Source of the DNA: Lama guanicoe
Lineage: Eukaryota
Length of the DNA stretch: 64,000 nucleotides
Assembly: GCA_013239625.1 (NCBI GenBank)
Contig: MU057352.1
Location: forward strand, 30,511,277 to 30,575,276
Reading direction: 5' to 3'
Shown in pieces: positions 10,739-25,092 of this stretch; within the stretch, counting starts at the first letter, position 1, and the number at the start of each line of letters is the position of its first letter. Both the position numbers and the translations under genes were made by a program. The notes beneath the pieces were generated by a model. That model worked only from the letters and a program-made list of their open reading frames with translations, made no database searches and had not been told where the DNA came from.

Positions 10739-13700
10739 ACGGCTCTTGGCCTCTGTCAGGAACCACAGATGCCTTCAGACTTGCTGTCTCATTTCCTAGA
10801 AGGGATTATTACTCCTATGATGTGTGTTGGATGCAGCCAGTATAAACACTGGTTGAAGGAGCCAGAGGCAGAATCTGTGTGTATCAGTTAAGAATTTTTA
10901 AAATTCAATGGCAGTGAATGAGGAGCCAGAAATCCCCAGGTATTCCTCGTATGGCCCAGCAGTGGTCTTCCCCATTGAACCTGTGATGCTAATACAGATC
11001 AAGTCTTCTCCCTCTTCCATAATCGAGGACTGGGTCCTAATCTGAAATAACCAGAAGTACTGGATGGGGGCCTGGAGAAGCCGTCCTCACCACAGGCAGC
11101 CTGCCTGTAGTGGGGGTTGGGGTAAAACTGGCAGAATAGGGCTGTTGCCTTGTGCCCGAAGCCCTACATTCTGTGTCCTTCCCCAGGGAACACTGGACAC
11201 TCTCGCCCACAGGACCTTCACCACCTTACCTTCTCTAAAGGTGAGACCTGGATGAACCTCTGTGCGCTGTCAGGGCCTAGAGGCCGCGTCCTCGGGGCCC
11301 AGGGCTCCTGAGCTGGCTCCTGGGAGAGGCAGCTTCTGCCTGCCAGAGACGACAAGAAAAAGAGGGGCCCGGAGGGCCTGAAACCCCAGGGAGCCAGACA
11401 GAGCTTGGCTCTTCCTTGCTCTTGTGCCTCTTTCTTCACTAGCACTTGCCTGAGTTCTCCCTCTGCAGCTTCAGAAGACTGGGGGCCGTCTTTGTCTTCC
11501 TGGCCTCTGTGCACCAGCGTGCCGAGGAGGCTCTGTCCACGTTGATGGGGCACCTGGCTGCATGGGTCACGGCGCGCCTGGAACCCCTCCGTGGCCGGCC
11601 CTGTGAAAGGTGGCTTTCCGGGCTGGGGAAACACAGTAGCCCTTGGATTCCTCTCTAGGGCTTGCAGGGCTCCTTCAGACCACACTGTCATCCTGCCTGC
11701 ACCTCAGCTGCTTCTAGGTCCCCTCAAAGACGACTTCTCAGTGGTAGAAGGCTTGTTGAGGCCTGTCTCATGGACTGGGGTGACCTCTGCCCTGGAGAGA
11801 AGTATCTTCCATCCATTCTGCAGGATTCCCTTCATCTCACCTGTTCCTGGGACTCCTTCCCCGCCTCCCAAGCCCGGGGTCTCCGCCCTGGGAGCTCATT
11901 TCTGCACCGGTGCTTGTGACACGGCGTGTCTGTAAGACTGCCCCAGACTTCGGGACCTGATGCTCATGTGGTCAGTCCACTCCAAACAGACTCCAACCTC
12001 CCTCATGCCAGGCCTGCTTGATTTGGGCCGAGAGGGCTCTGAGATGCTGCCTGACCCAAGGGCTGACATCTCTGGCTCTTCTGTTCCTGTCTCCACAGGG
12101 AAGCTGTTCTTTGGTCCCCATTGCTCGTGCGCTGGGTTCTGTCCCACAGCTTCATGGCCTCAACTAAGCGCCATGTGTGTGCTCTTCCTTCCCCCTTCCC
12201 GTCTTCGCCTCTGCTGGGGCTCTCCTGGGCCCCCACCCAGCATATTCAAACACCTGCCACCTGTCCCTGCGTGGGTCTCACAGGTGCTTCAGCTGTAGGC
12301 TGCTCTCAGTGGGGTTCATCCCAAACTGGCTACATTTCTGCAACTCCCCATCTCAGCTCAGATGCTGCTGGAGAGTAAAACAATCCTTTTTATTTCAGTT
12401 TCGAAATGTCATTGTACTGATGGTTTTGTTGGTGTCTCAGATTTAAGCAGCTTCCTGAAGTTAATGGGAGGCGCTGAGGGAGAGATGGGGTTCCCTTCAC
12501 ACCGGTTCTTCAGTGGGGCAATGCTGCCCCTACCATGAGCTCCTTTTAGGTGCAGGGGCAGCTCCTGATGGGCAGTTAGCCGACCCCCACCCCACTTATC
12601 GAAAGACCTGAAGTCCACGTCTGAGGGCCTGAGGGCCTGAGAGTGGGTTCAGCATTCCAAGGGGTTAGATGAAGCCTCACGTTTTATTAAAAACAGTGAA
12701 GGAGCAACTAAAGAGTGGGGTCCAAGGTGTATCAGCCTTTCTTAAGCTTCTCCCCCAAACCAGAGGGGAGCTAAGGGAAGCGGGGCCCAGTGTTTGAACT
12801 CAGCCCGTGGTGAGTTTATCTGATGAGCAAGCTGGGCACGTGGTCCTGTAACTTGTGGTGCTGATATAGTGGGAGGGCCACCTTTTTAAAGACCTGCCAG
12901 CTTTTGGGTGACAGCATTTACTCTGAAAAGCTGGGTACACCCATAGGAAGCACTTAAAATTCTGTCCGCCATAGATCTTTCCACAGTCACATCCTCCTGA
13001 GATGTGCCTGTGCTGCGTGGAAGCTCCTGCCAGCCTCGTCTGGCTCTGCGTCCCACTTGATAGTGGCCGCTGTGGGAATGAACTGTTCCGTGGAACTGAA
13101 CAGCATCCCCAGATGTGTTCTGTTCTGACTCTGCTCTGCCTTCATCTTAATGAGGTTATCTGGCAAGTTCCAGGTCGCTGAACACAGCAGTTCAGGCCCG
13201 CTTCTCCCTGGGGAGTCCTCGTTGCACGTGCTTAAGACACAGCCAGGTTCCTAGCCTTTCTCACCCTAGAGGGAGGGGTCTCCTGGCTGCTCAGCATGGA
13301 CAAAGCGGAGCTCTGACCAGAGCAGGCAACCTGCCCTCACAAAGGTCTGCCCCGCTCACCAGGGTCTGAGCGGCCACTGGGCAGAGGCACCAGCCCCGGG
13401 AGCAGGAGCTGCTTGGAAGGCACCTGACCGAGTGGTCGGGGCTGGCTCCGGGCCTCCGGGCCTCCAGGCCTCAGGGCCGCGAAGGATGTGGCTGTTCTGC
13501 TTGGTACTCCACCATCTCCCTTCCAGTAGAAGAGGGACAGGGACTGTGCGAGGAAGGGTCCACCCTCCTGTCTTCAGGGCTCTGCCAAAGGCACGTGGGA
13601 TGCCGGAGCTGAGAGCAGGCATTCTGCCCAGGGAGATCCCACCCCCTGCGCTTCACTGGACTTGAGCTGACATCTGTGTCTCCAGGTCTGCCTCCTGTGT

Positions 13701-14714
13701 TTTTCTCATTCCAGCTGAGATTTCTGGATCTCGGCCTGCGTGTGTGACTTGGGGCTGAACCCTTAGGCTTTTGAATACCAGACTGATTCTTACTGATGTT
13801 TCACTTGAGCAGGTCGTCAGCCTGTCTGGCCAGAAGGCACATCATGTACATGGGCTGCAGATCAGGTGTCAGTGCAGTTAATAAAGCTCCTGCCATGCTA
13901 TTCTGGTTGTTCCCACCTGTTGCCCAGATGACAAGCCTCTCCCCAGGGTCTCCTAGGTGCGAGCCGGGAGGGGAGCAGGGCTGCCTCCCACAGGAGGGAG
14001 GGTGGTGGAAGAAGCAGGGCCACGGGCTCTGGGGGAGGGGCAGCTCCTCGTCGCTGTAGGCGTGGAGGAGCTTCCTCACGTGACCTCGGCTGCAGCCATG
14101 CCCACTGAGGCGGGAGGGGCTTGACTTCTCACCTCAAGAACAGGCGGGCACCTGGCTAGATAGAACAGCCTCCCCCGGAGCTGCCGCTTGTCTGTGCCTG
14201 TTTGGTGTCTCCCCGCCTCAGTGAGGGAAGTACCTAGTGCCAGGCGAGGGTGCACAGGAGGTCAGACAAAAACCCAGGAGACTCGCTGCTGGACTGTCCT
14301 CATGCTCCAGGGTCCCTGGCCATGTGCCTCCTTCTCCCTCCCTTCCAGAATCTTCCAGCAGATGACTTACAGGGGGATCAGGTAGCTTCCAGCCCAGACT
14401 GTCCAGTCGAGCTGCTGACTGCAGGGAGTGGCCATCTTCTCTCAAGATGGTGACATAATACTGGGGGAATCAGAAAACTCGTCTTCCCCCTGACACCTTC
14501 CCTCCTACTGCGTGGACACTACCCAGCAGCCACCTAGTCTTTTCTCTGCATGCTTCATCTTATTTCTGACCCCATCAGTTCCTCTTCTCACCCTTGAGCA
14601 AAAATAAAGCAATCATGCATGGCCTTTTCCTCAGACTAAGGGTCCTGCTGTGAGTTCAACAGCATGTTTTAATGGCCCCTCCTCACCCTGTCGGTAAGAG
14701 AGCATCACTCTCCA

Positions 14715-15125
14715 GTGATGTAGCTGGACAGGTGAGAGCAACGGGAGCTGACTTGTCATGGCCACTCAGAGCCTAGGAGAGGGCACTGCCACACGGGGCC
14801 CCACCGCAGAGCAGAGCACGACTAGGAGCTGTGGGAGGCGGGGTCTTAGTGACACGGTGGGGTGGCCCCAGTGCCATGGTGGGTAGTCATTGGCTGTTGG
14901 AATAATTCCATGGGCTGGAAAGGAACTGAAAGCCATTGCTCAGGGATCAGCAGGAGCTGGGCCTGGCCCCTTTGATGAGGAGGGTCGTCTTGCTGGGGGA
15001 TCTGACCCTCTGGAGCAGAGCTGGGAGGGGAGCTTACGGGTTAGGCCATTCAAAGCCCCCCCACTTCCCCAACTATCAAGGCAGCATTTGACGCTGGGCC
15101 TGTTTTAGGCCTTACACCGCCCTAG
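14715..15125 (-). mobile_element. ERVL LTR, MER54/MER74 group
   Basis: Minus strand begins ...gtgtaaggcctaaaacaggcccagcgtcaaatgctgccttgatag...gaatggcctaacc and contains cccatggaattattcc, as in this LTR group. Confidence 0.65.
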
Positions 15126-18100
15126 AGGAACCACAGACTCGTTCTTCAAATTCCTTCTGGCACTTAAACGTCCCTCGCATCGTCCATCCTAATCTCCAGC
15201 TCCTCCTGGGATTCCTGCTGAGCTCATTCCAGCCTACCAGCAGAACCCAGCTCACCACAAACATACCCGTAGTGGCCCTGTGTTTGCAACAGTCAGCATG
15301 CTCTCTTCAGAGACTCCTGCTTGCTTTGCAAGAATAGCCTAACCCACTGAAAAACCTGTTTACCTGGAAGATAAAGTGCAGGCTCACTCTGTGATAAACA
15401 AGACTTACACCCCCAGGTCAGGGGGTCCAACTCAGGTCCTAATGTGCAGACAGCAGGTGTATGCCTGCCTGCCCTCCCCCACCCCCACCCCACCTCCTGT
15501 GCTGACTCACCTGGTGTTTCGGGAGTAACTGTTAGACTTTCAGATTTAAAACTCCCATCCGGTGTGGTGGCCCATCCTTCCTTAAGGACAACCAGAACCC
15601 TCCCAAACTAGCAACTGCGGGCTACTCGAGAACTTCCGAGAGCAGTAACTACTGCTCGTGTTTATTGTGCAAGCTCTGCTTCCCATGGTAGCATTAACAC
15701 AAGTGGAAAGGGGTCAGTCACGTCTCTCACCCTAGAAAGACACTGGGGACAAGCTCTTCTCCACAGGCCCAGCGATTCCGTTCAAATTCTCAGCCTTGGC
15801 TGTGAGGAGCAGTCACGCCATGCTCGGTTCTCCCCTCTCCGAGCAGGGCGAGGAGGAACCTGGGCTAGCCCAAGCGCTTCTTGCTGGAACTACGTCAATA
15901 CACCCGGCCAGGTACAATGGTCTATAACTAGGCTGAAAGGAAAGCCCCCAGCTTTCCACAACAGACCCTGCTGGAGTTTTGGACATGTTCTTTGTCTTCC
16001 TAACTAGAAAAGTCACGTAGTCCTGTGGCTTTTAGACCTGTTTGTAAGCACTGTCTTCCTATTAGTTGGCTGCTGACTCCTATCCAGAGTCCTCAGAGCT
16101 ATAGCACGTCTGTAAAGTCAGATGTTTCTATAACTTATCACGCGATGAAAGGAGTACGATGAGTAACAAAAATCTAACTGCAGACTACGTTCCCAGGATA
16201 AGCTTCTGATTGGAATTATTGCACTGGTTAGGGTCCGGGAAGCCTGACCTCTGCCCTTGGCCAAGGTGGGGAGCATTCTGATGACTTTGAAAACGTAGCA
16301 GGACTAAAATTTAATTTCATAGAATACCAAGGTTAATGTCCCTCTGTGATGGATGGAATAAGGCGTTAACGAGAGCCCTCTGCAGCTGAATCTGAACGCA
16401 GAGAAACACAGCTGCAAAACGCCAAAACGACCGAGGGTTCTCTTCCCTAACAAGTGTGGGTTTTCTCTGAACCTTGTATTTATCCCTCACGGGTTGTGTT
16501 CTCCACAGCAGACGCTGAGACAGCCCCACAGAAAGGCTGTTTACTAGGCATAGAACCTGGATGAAGACGGAAGGTGCAGGATCAGGCAGAGGGAGTTCTG
16601 AACTTGAATCTGGATCCATCCAAAGCCTTGGGTCAAAATAGCCAGGCCCTACACTGGGTGTTGATCACCTGACAAGGGCACAGCCGTGGGGGAAGGGGCT
16701 CACATCTGGAAGTGGCTTGTTAGCCTCGCTCCCCAGAGCTGAGCAGCAAGACCTCATTTAAAGGGAGGTGTAGATTTATAACGTTTGGGCCCATGGAGAT
16801 TACTGGTCTGTGCACTGTCTAGGGAACAGCTTCTTGGAGTCTGTTAGGGAGCTGATACTCCTAACCACGCTAGAGCTCTCAGTTTCCTTCTCAGAGCCAG
16901 ATCAATCCAGATGCCCAGTGTCATGAAGTTACCATTTCACACTGGTCTCAGTTTTTATTTTCAAAATGAAATTCAAACAGGAAGACGACTTGGCTGAATT
17001 AGCCACACAGCAGGGCATGGTGAAGCCATATGACTTGCCCAGACCAGAGGAGCTCCGGGGTGCAGGTCCTCTGACAGCCCAGATTCCCTCGGGGGTGCCC
17101 AAGCCTTGGAATAAGTCTGCTTAGAGTGTGAGGTTGAGGGACTGGGGTGGTATTGGTGAATGACGCTGGGCCTTAACTAGGAAGTAAGAAGGAAAGTGAA
17201 ATTCAGGGAGTGAAATGACTGAAGGTCAAAAGCAGAACTCACTTTTTCTCAGCTTTCCCGGGGCCATCTGTCCTGATCTCCATGGGAGCAGACTTGAAGA
17301 CTTCCATCTAGTACGGGGATTGTGACTCATGGAATCACGGAGGCAAGAAGCAGGAGGCACTGTGGGCTTGGCAGATTTCAGGAGGATATTGAAGAGTTGG
17401 GGCTGGGCCGTCCGTGTTAAGGTATATTTGCGATGGTTGGTTGAAGACAAAGCCGAGCTGAAAGACACATCCAGAATCTCTAGCTTACTCCCTCCCCCCT
17501 CAGACTTGCTCGGGCACATAAAGCACATGAGAACTGGGGCATCACATCCCTGTGATCGGCAGACCAACGTGGCACTACACAGCGGCGGCTTTTACGCTTT
17601 CTTTGAAACCAGCTGCAAGTTTTTCGGTTTTTACAATTCTGGCTCCTAGCAGCCTTCCAGCTAAGCAATTGGCTAAAGGGCAAGGATATTCATGGAAGAC
17701 TTACATTAACCCGAAGAAACCAAGACTGACAATCTGGGAATCAGGTGACCCAGCAAGGTCATTAAATTTGAAGCCCCTCCACTAGAGCTACAAGCATAAG
17801 CCAAGTAACAGCAGGGCTTCGGAGCTGGGGCCACGCTCGGTCCAGAAGGAAGGAAACCTGGACCCACCCTCTTGGCACATCCTCAGAGGGGAGGGTCACG
17901 TCCACGCCGACAGCTTGGATAAGTGGATTCTAATTGTGCTGTGGGAATCCGAGGTTTGAGATATAGGACTAACACTTCCAGCTGTTATCCTCATGGGAAT
18001 GTCGTGTCCCCTGAAAGCTGTGACCTTCTGTGACTGACAACTGTCACTAAGTGCCAAACCTGCACACTCAGATGCAACTCCCTGTTCATAGTGACATGGA

Positions 18101-19603
18101 AAGAGGGCTCTGTTAGAGAGGTGTGCCTCTTCTGCTGTCGTCTGCAGAGCTAGATTAAGTGTCTTTTTTTTTTAATATAAAATATCCAATAGAAAACTTA
18201 AGTGGGCGCTACCTGGATATTTGTGAATAAACAAACTTTAACTTTTGCCAAATCATTACTTTGGAGATTCTTTACTAGGAATTGTGGGTATGAACATGGG
18301 TTGAATTTGGGGGGGGGGTTCCCCAGCTCTTTCCTGACTGCAGCTCTACGTTCGTAGAGAGCCCCTCTACAAAACTGTGGTTGACATAAATATAAGGGGA
18401 TTGTCCGGACTAGGCAAACTGCTATTTCGTGGCTTGTGATTCTAAAGGAGTTTGAATTATGGAGTTAGGTCACAGGCTAAATTGCAGTACTGATTTTAGC
18501 AACTACATTCCAGAAGGATACAAAGAATTTAAATGTCTACACAATCTGTTTGCTGCAAGAATAACAGTGACTCAATATGTTTTCTATGAAGGAGGTTTGG
18601 GTAGTTTGGTCTTACATCTTGAAGCCACTCTTTCCCTCCGCTTTCACACTAAGAATATGCTTTTCCCTAATCCTTGCAATGCAATTTTTAAAAGGCTGGG
18701 GGGAAATGAACTCCTGGAGATGCAAGAGGGTACACATTGAGGCAACTGCCAGAGAGGCCGGGAGCTGAAGTTGGGGAAATTACCCAAGAAAGGAGAGGCC
18801 TTCCTCTTGAAGAGCTCCCCTCCTGTCTGCTCAAAGTTTTCCCAAATGCGTCTTCCCATTTGAGATGGGAAACTTCCATTCGTCAGCATGCAGAACTGTA
18901 TCCACTGCCTGCCCGGTGGAAGATATGCATTAAAACTTCAGCATCCAGCTGGACCTCTTTGACGTGGCAGCCGCATCCCTTGGATACATGGTGAATGTCA
19001 GAGCAAGTGAATCAGGCCATCTCGGGCTCCTCACTACCTGTAGTAGCTAAGTTGATAAGCTCTAGTCAGTGGCTTCCAATGATCTCAGATACGTGGTCTT
19101 GAGTTTAGTATCATCACTGCATTCACTGATTCTTCTGACACTATGGGCTTAATCACCCCTGAGATGAATGTTCCTTGAAAAGACCCTCTGTTCATGTTCC
19201 CAAAGTGTCAGTCATGGACCTCACCTGCCATCTGTAGAAAGCTGTCAAATTTCATGACATCAATATGACAAAGCAAGAGCTGAAGGGACTGTGAAGGGCA
19301 GGTACCTGCTGAGTGAGTACCTTGGTACCAGAAAAGGGCTCTTTGCCAGGGTGCAGAAATGTATACTTGTGACTGGAAAAATAGGTATCTCTTGTTCAGA
19401 GTTCATAAATCACCAACCTAATTGTCTCCATGTAGGTAGCTAGTTTGTCTTGAGCCTGGCCAGCTCTCCTACCTCCTGAGCTTTCGTGGAGGCAGACACT
19501 AGAGCGGAGAACCAGATCCTACAACCTGCTAGGCAGTGGGTGGCGCCACCCTACCTAGGCCCCCCACCCCCGCTCATCCCCGTGCACACCTGAGCTGGCT
19601 CAC

Positions 19604-19772
19604 CTGTTCCTGTGACCAGAAAAACGGCATGAAGCGTGCATCATCGGGTTTCTATCTCCCTTCCTTCAGTGCAGAGATGACAAACTCGAGTACTTCCGAA
19701 GCCAAGCAGAGGGTTTGGGTCAGGGAGGAGCACCGGGTACCCTGCAGTGGCCGCCCTGCAGGAGTTCATGCG
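19604..19772 (-). other. Candidate 169-nt non-coding exon
   Basis: Acceptor ccatttcccactttcaacag and donor CAG|gtgagc; all three frames contain stops. Confidence 0.5.
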
Positions 19773-20199
19773 CTGTTGAAAGTGGGAAATGGCTTCCCAA
19801 CCCAAACCTCCTTCACTGTGCGTGAATTCAGACACAAGGTTGCCAGATCAATCCCCTTTTCAATAAAAGCTGGAAATTTAGATTTTTACACGGTATCTAT
19901 GGATTTACAAAGCTGAGAAGCTTAACTCTTGCAGAAGGCCTTTGCAGATTGTATGATGTGGCTGGTCAGATGCCACGCAGGGCGTTTGCAGATTGCATGG
20001 CTGGTTACGTGGATTCTAGGATTTAAACTTCAGAGGCGAAAAATCAGCAGCATTGTCTCTGAGGGACCGGAACGAGGGCTGACAGGAAAGGGGCCTTGTG
20101 GGGGGTGATTTCTGCCTTGTGCCGGGGATTTGGGCCACTGGTGCAGGAGCTCCCCAAAACTGATTGAGTGGCACACTTAAGATCAGTGCCATTTCATCG

Positions 20200-23100
20200 G
20201 TTAACAAAACTTCATGGAGTACATCTCAGCGATCCAGAGGCTTTATTCCATGATTCGTGCCTTGGGCAGTGTTCTATCTAGTGACTAGAAGGAAGCTCCA
20301 GAGAGCTGTACGAAATGCAAGCCTTTCACAGGCAGAAAAGGGCAAGGCAAGGTCCCCTTCCTTTTGGTGGGACCAACGGGGTCTATTTATCTCACTAGTG
20401 CTGACCATGTAACTCCAGATCCGCTGGTTAAAGGTCACACACGTGAGAAAGGCTGAGACCGTAACCAGCTCAGGTATTAAGTCTTGGTTTGCTGACACAG
20501 AGCACTTGGACCAAGACAAATGCCCAGAGAAGTTGCACTGGGCTCTCCTGGTGCCACAGACCTCTCGCCCACCTGCGCTATGAAGGCAAGACCGCCTCAG
20601 CCTCACAACACTGAGAAGCACCTCTCTTCTGATGGAGGGAGCGATCAGATCCCCACTGTCTGAGTCCAGGAGAAGATGGACGGGAACCAGAGCTGGTCTC
20701 TGCAAAAATTAGCCAGTGTGTGCCCGCAGGAACGAGCGTGGTACACGTGGGACCAGATTGCAAAGATGCTTGAGCAAAGGGGCTTGAGTTAAAATGGGAT
20801 AAGGGGGAGCTTGTTGACTCAGGCACTTTCTTGGAATTACACCCTAAGAACCTTAGGCAACAGTAAAAACTCATGTCAGTGGTCCCTTGCTCAGCAAGGG
20901 CTTTCCCAGGCTTTTAAGTGAAATGTCTGAGTTGTCCTGGCAGACAGAAAGGGGTGAAGGGGCCCAGGGGAGTGAGCACACTGGGGAGCATGTGCGCTCA
21001 GAAGATGAGTAGAAGATTATGCCCATGCGAAGGCCTGGATGGCAGAGCTCCACGAAGGCCACCAGGGGTGCACTGGTGAAAGGCACAGCGTTGCTAAGTG
21101 CAGCGGTGGCTCCCCTGCAGAACAGGGCTGATGACACAGGCGTTCATGGGACTCAGATCCCTGATCAGCAGTGGGCATTATTCCACACCCCCCTCCCCAA
21201 CCCAAGCAGTAGAGGTCAGAGGGCAGCACCTAACAGTTGGAAAGGCACCTGTTGTGACCAAGAGGCCATGACCTTCAAAGAACAGTGGAGAAGGTTAGTG
21301 GGACATGTCACATGCTAAGCAGTTACTCAGCCCATGCATATGAGCAAAAGTGAGAATGAAAAGCAAAAGAGGGCAGTCACCACGTGAAGATATCCTGCCC
21401 AATTCCTGAACCTAAGACGGTTTTTAGACCCAGAACCCATTGACTGAAGAGGTGGTCAGATACCTAAATAAAGGCTCCAAGATACAAGTACACACCCTTG
21501 TGTGTATTCTGGTGATCGCGCCTTTCCCCAGAAGCCCTATGGGTCATTTACTTGAGACGATACTCTGGGGAAAAAGAAAACCAGCTACTTCCAGGGCTGT
21601 TTAGATGCAACACAAGATGACATTGATACTCAAGTCTCCACCTTCATCGTGGCTCCTGATTAAGTGGGGGTATCCAGGGCCAGGTTTTATCCGGGCACTT
21701 GGACAAGCTCCAGACCTCTCCGGGTCTGCTCCACCTGCAGACACCCCTGGCTGTCGTTTCTGCAGCCCCTGGATACAGACTTGGGAATGACAAGCTTAAT
21801 GTGGAATGACCTTCACGTTGACCTTGGCCTGTGGAACAGGCTATCGCTGTAGGCAAGACAAGTGGAAGCTTCTTAAGCTGCCCATTCCCCCAGCAAAGGT
21901 AACAAACCCTGGACAATGTTATCCCAGTGATGGCGAAGCTTCATGCTGCTCCTAAGAATGCAGGAGTGAATGTCCTATTATATCCCCAGTTTGTTCACTT
22001 ATTTTGCCTCTACGGAAATGGGAAAGTCTTAGAATGACTAGACCACCATGAGCTCAGAGTGGAAGCCCCGACCCTAGCCGCCGTGGCAGACACAGCGTCC
22101 TTAGTGGAGCAGCATCCTGGCGCCCGGGTGCGTCAGCTGCACACTACAGGCCCATCGACTTGGCAGGTGTGCTAATTTACATCCCAGCAGAGCAAGAGGA
22201 TCTGAAACACTGTGCCATTCGCAGCAGTCAATACGCATTCAGCTTTCTCCCAGGACTATGTGAATTTGCCTGCTCCGCTATATTCTAGTTCACAAAGGCT
22301 GAAATGGCGGAGCATCCTGCCGAGCGAGAAATCCATTACATCGGTGTCATACTGGCCGTGCGGTGAGTAAGAGGGGCCAGCACGTAGGAGGACTTGGTAA
22401 GACCCGTGCACCTCAGAAGGTGGGAGATAAATGCCACAAGGATTTTCACAACTTGCTGTTTCAGTAATGGATTTAGAATCTCTAAGAAGTCAAGACATGC
22501 TGGGGCATCACTGCAAAGGGAAAGACAAATTGTCTCGCATCTGGAATGGCAGAGATTCACAAGCCTGCTAGGCCTGCTGGGATTCTGGAGGCTTCTCTCC
22601 ACACCCAGGTGTACCCCAACATGTATGCCAGAGGCCACCAGCTTCGTGTGAGGCTGAGAGCAGGTCTGGGCTGGGGGGCAGACAGCCCTGGTGTTCGGGT
22701 CGCACGGTCAGGCAGCCCCCAGGGCGCTGGGGATGTGAGTGGTGGGAAAGAGGCATTGTGGAGCTCATGGTAAACCATGAGAAGATCACACTGCAGGTTC
22801 CCAAGGCATGCCGTCTTGCTTACGGCACCACAGAGAACTGTCCTGATAAAGCAAAGTAATAGCCTGCTGTATGCACAGCTGACACAGTGGCCCAGGCGAT
22901 ACTCCACGAGGGTGGGCGCTGTCCTTCAGGGCTCAGAGTCCACAGCAAGTAGAGGAACTCCACGTGATGTTCTTTCCTGACAGAAAGAACCCCTGAGTCC
23001 AGGAACTAAGGGGCAGGAGTAGGTGTGACTTCACTCACCATCATTTGTGGAGTCTTACAGGGGAATCTGTGCTTTCCGTCTCAAGTTCAGCTCTGCAGCA

Positions 23101-23690
23101 TTGGAAGTCCTAGTCCCAAGGGGATGGAGGCTTTGGAGAAGGTGGAAGCAGGGTTCATTTTTGCCAGGGACACAGCACAGGGCCCCTGAAGTGTATGTGA
23201 CTGGGCTCTGGGCATTTTGGACTCCTCGTATCCAGGAGCATCCTGCAGGGATGGCTGATCCTGGTGATCAGGTGAGGGAGAGTTGCTGTTACACAAGGAG
23301 GGCAGAAGGGACGAGGTGTCAGGTGGCCACTGACCACTGATGCTCCCTTGCCCAGTCGTTACTGTGAATGGACAAGTGTAGCAACCAGTCCTGAGGTGGA
23401 TGCCTGCTGGAGGCTCAGGCCCTCAGGAGTGAGGGGTTCTCACCCAAGCCAGCGACTGCAGTGTAGGCTGTAGCTAAGGGTCAGGGAGGTCTGGGGGCAG
23501 GGCAGACGAGGAAGACGACGGGTACCAGCTGTGGCTCTGGGACCAACTGCACTGACGTGGACTGTGGATCATCCTGTTAGCCTCCTTGCCTCCAGCCCTC
23601 TTCCTCACTGCAGGAAGGAGAGGTCCACCAGGGCCCAGAAGAGCTGATCCCCATGAACGGTTGAGACCACAGAGGTGCAGCTCTACCCTC
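20200..23690 (+). mobile_element. Ancient ERVL (class III ERV) internal region: gag-pro-pol(RT)-dUTPase remnant
   Basis: Degenerate ERVL motifs in canonical order: gag (~20650-21450), RT with HYIGVIL (~HYIDDIM) at ~22335 and RRWEINATRI (~RGWEINPTKI) at ~22415, then dUTPase LEVLVPRG...GHFGLL at ~23100-23230. Many stops and frameshifts. Confidence 0.85.
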
Positions 23691-24657
23691 TGCTTGATAG
23701 CTTCAGGCTGTGGACAAAATATTCAGAGATTTCCTGGAAGAATTTCTGCCTGACAGGTCACAAGGTCTGTGGGAAATAATGCCCCTGCCTTTCCCTGGGA
23801 AGGGTGCCGGTCCACTTTAAGACACCTGAGGGCTCCTGACTCAGTAGCAAAGTGTCTACGCTACCTGAGCCGGAGGAAGAATGCCAGTTTGTCCCATAAA
23901 CTGGGCCCTACGTAGCATTCTGCAGAGTATGTATTGATGTTTCTTAAAAGGGATCAGGAGGGGTGCTTCCTTTGAGAGTTAATTCAGTGACTCTGCAAAT
24001 GAAGTGAACTGATGGGATTCTGGAGGGTGAGGTGCTTGGAGCAAAAGCCAAACAGGTCACCTTCCGGGACTTACTAAGAGTTGCTGTCCTCCAGCTCCCC
24101 AGAGCTAGAAGTGATGCTCTCCTGTGGCATCGCCAACAAACACGGAAGCTGCCAATGAGGTAGATTAGTTTATTCTCAAGGTGGCACTGATCCAAGGAAG
24201 TGGCTCCCTGTGTGATGTTATTTTTCCTGTATCTCACTGGTACTAAAAGTGGCAGAGCCCGTGGAGAAGGGCATGTGCCCAGAACACACTCATGGCTCTC
24301 ACAGTGGAGGGGAAGGTCCTCAGTGATCGCTGGAACAGAAACCCTTAGGGGGAGCAGGTGTTCAGCGAGCCCCCTGCTGCCAGCGGAGGTCAGGGCTTCC
24401 TGACACTTGTCCCAGAACATTGTCTCCGTGTCCCGGAACAATCTACACACCAGACCCCCTGAACTTTACACAAGAGCCCGAAGGGTGCTACAAAGGAGTC
24501 TCAGGGCCGAAGCCTTCCGGGCAGAGACCAGTGGAGGTGGGAACTGAGACGCTGGCAAGAGCACGCTTGGAGCACGTGAGAAGGGAGACCCGGAGGAGCA
24601 CAGGAGTTTTAGGGCAATGAAAACAAAGTGTGTGATAATGAGAGGTTCGTGTCTTTG

Positions 24658-25092
24658 TGTTCCTGAGTCCACACTCGGTCTGCTCGGCGCACGGCAGGCC
24701 AGCAAGTCGGGAGACGAGGTGCTGGGGCAAGGAATAGCGACTTTATTCGGAGAGCCGGCAGACCGAGGGGATGGCAGACTGCTGTCCTGGAGAACCATCC
24801 TCCCCCAGTCAGAATACAAGCTCCTTTTATATTTAAAAAACAAACACCACAGGAGGGGGTGTGGTTGATCAAAGCTTCTTGGGGCAGGAATTCTTTGCTC
24901 CTGCAGCCGCCCCCGTGGGCCGGCTCGCGGTGCTCCTGCAAAACCTCCACAAACGAATGTTACTCTCTATTCTGCAACTTGTTACCTTTAGTGAGCGCAG
25001 CGCCGGCAAGACTGAGCCTGGAACACGGGGCGCAGGGTTCAAGGCAAAGGAGCAGACCTAGCGTGGAGCCGGGTCTGCTGTTTCCTGTTCCG
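24658..25092 (-). mobile_element. Solo ERV1-type LTR (artiodactyl, MER41-like group)
   Basis: Plus-strand terminus TGTTCCTGAGTCC at 24658; minus-strand AATAAA (24742-24747) and TATAAAAG (24824-24831) in U3-R-U5 order; CpGs retained. Confidence 0.8.

Noticed and set aside
13072-13112. Small hairpin as a possible pre-miRNA
   Set aside because: Stem is too short and bulged, with no match to miRNAs I recognise.
21340-21372. AAAAGCAAAA resembling the MALAT1/NEAT1 triple-helix A-tract
   Set aside because: No upstream U-rich motifs or downstream tRNA-like element; lies within ERVL gag.
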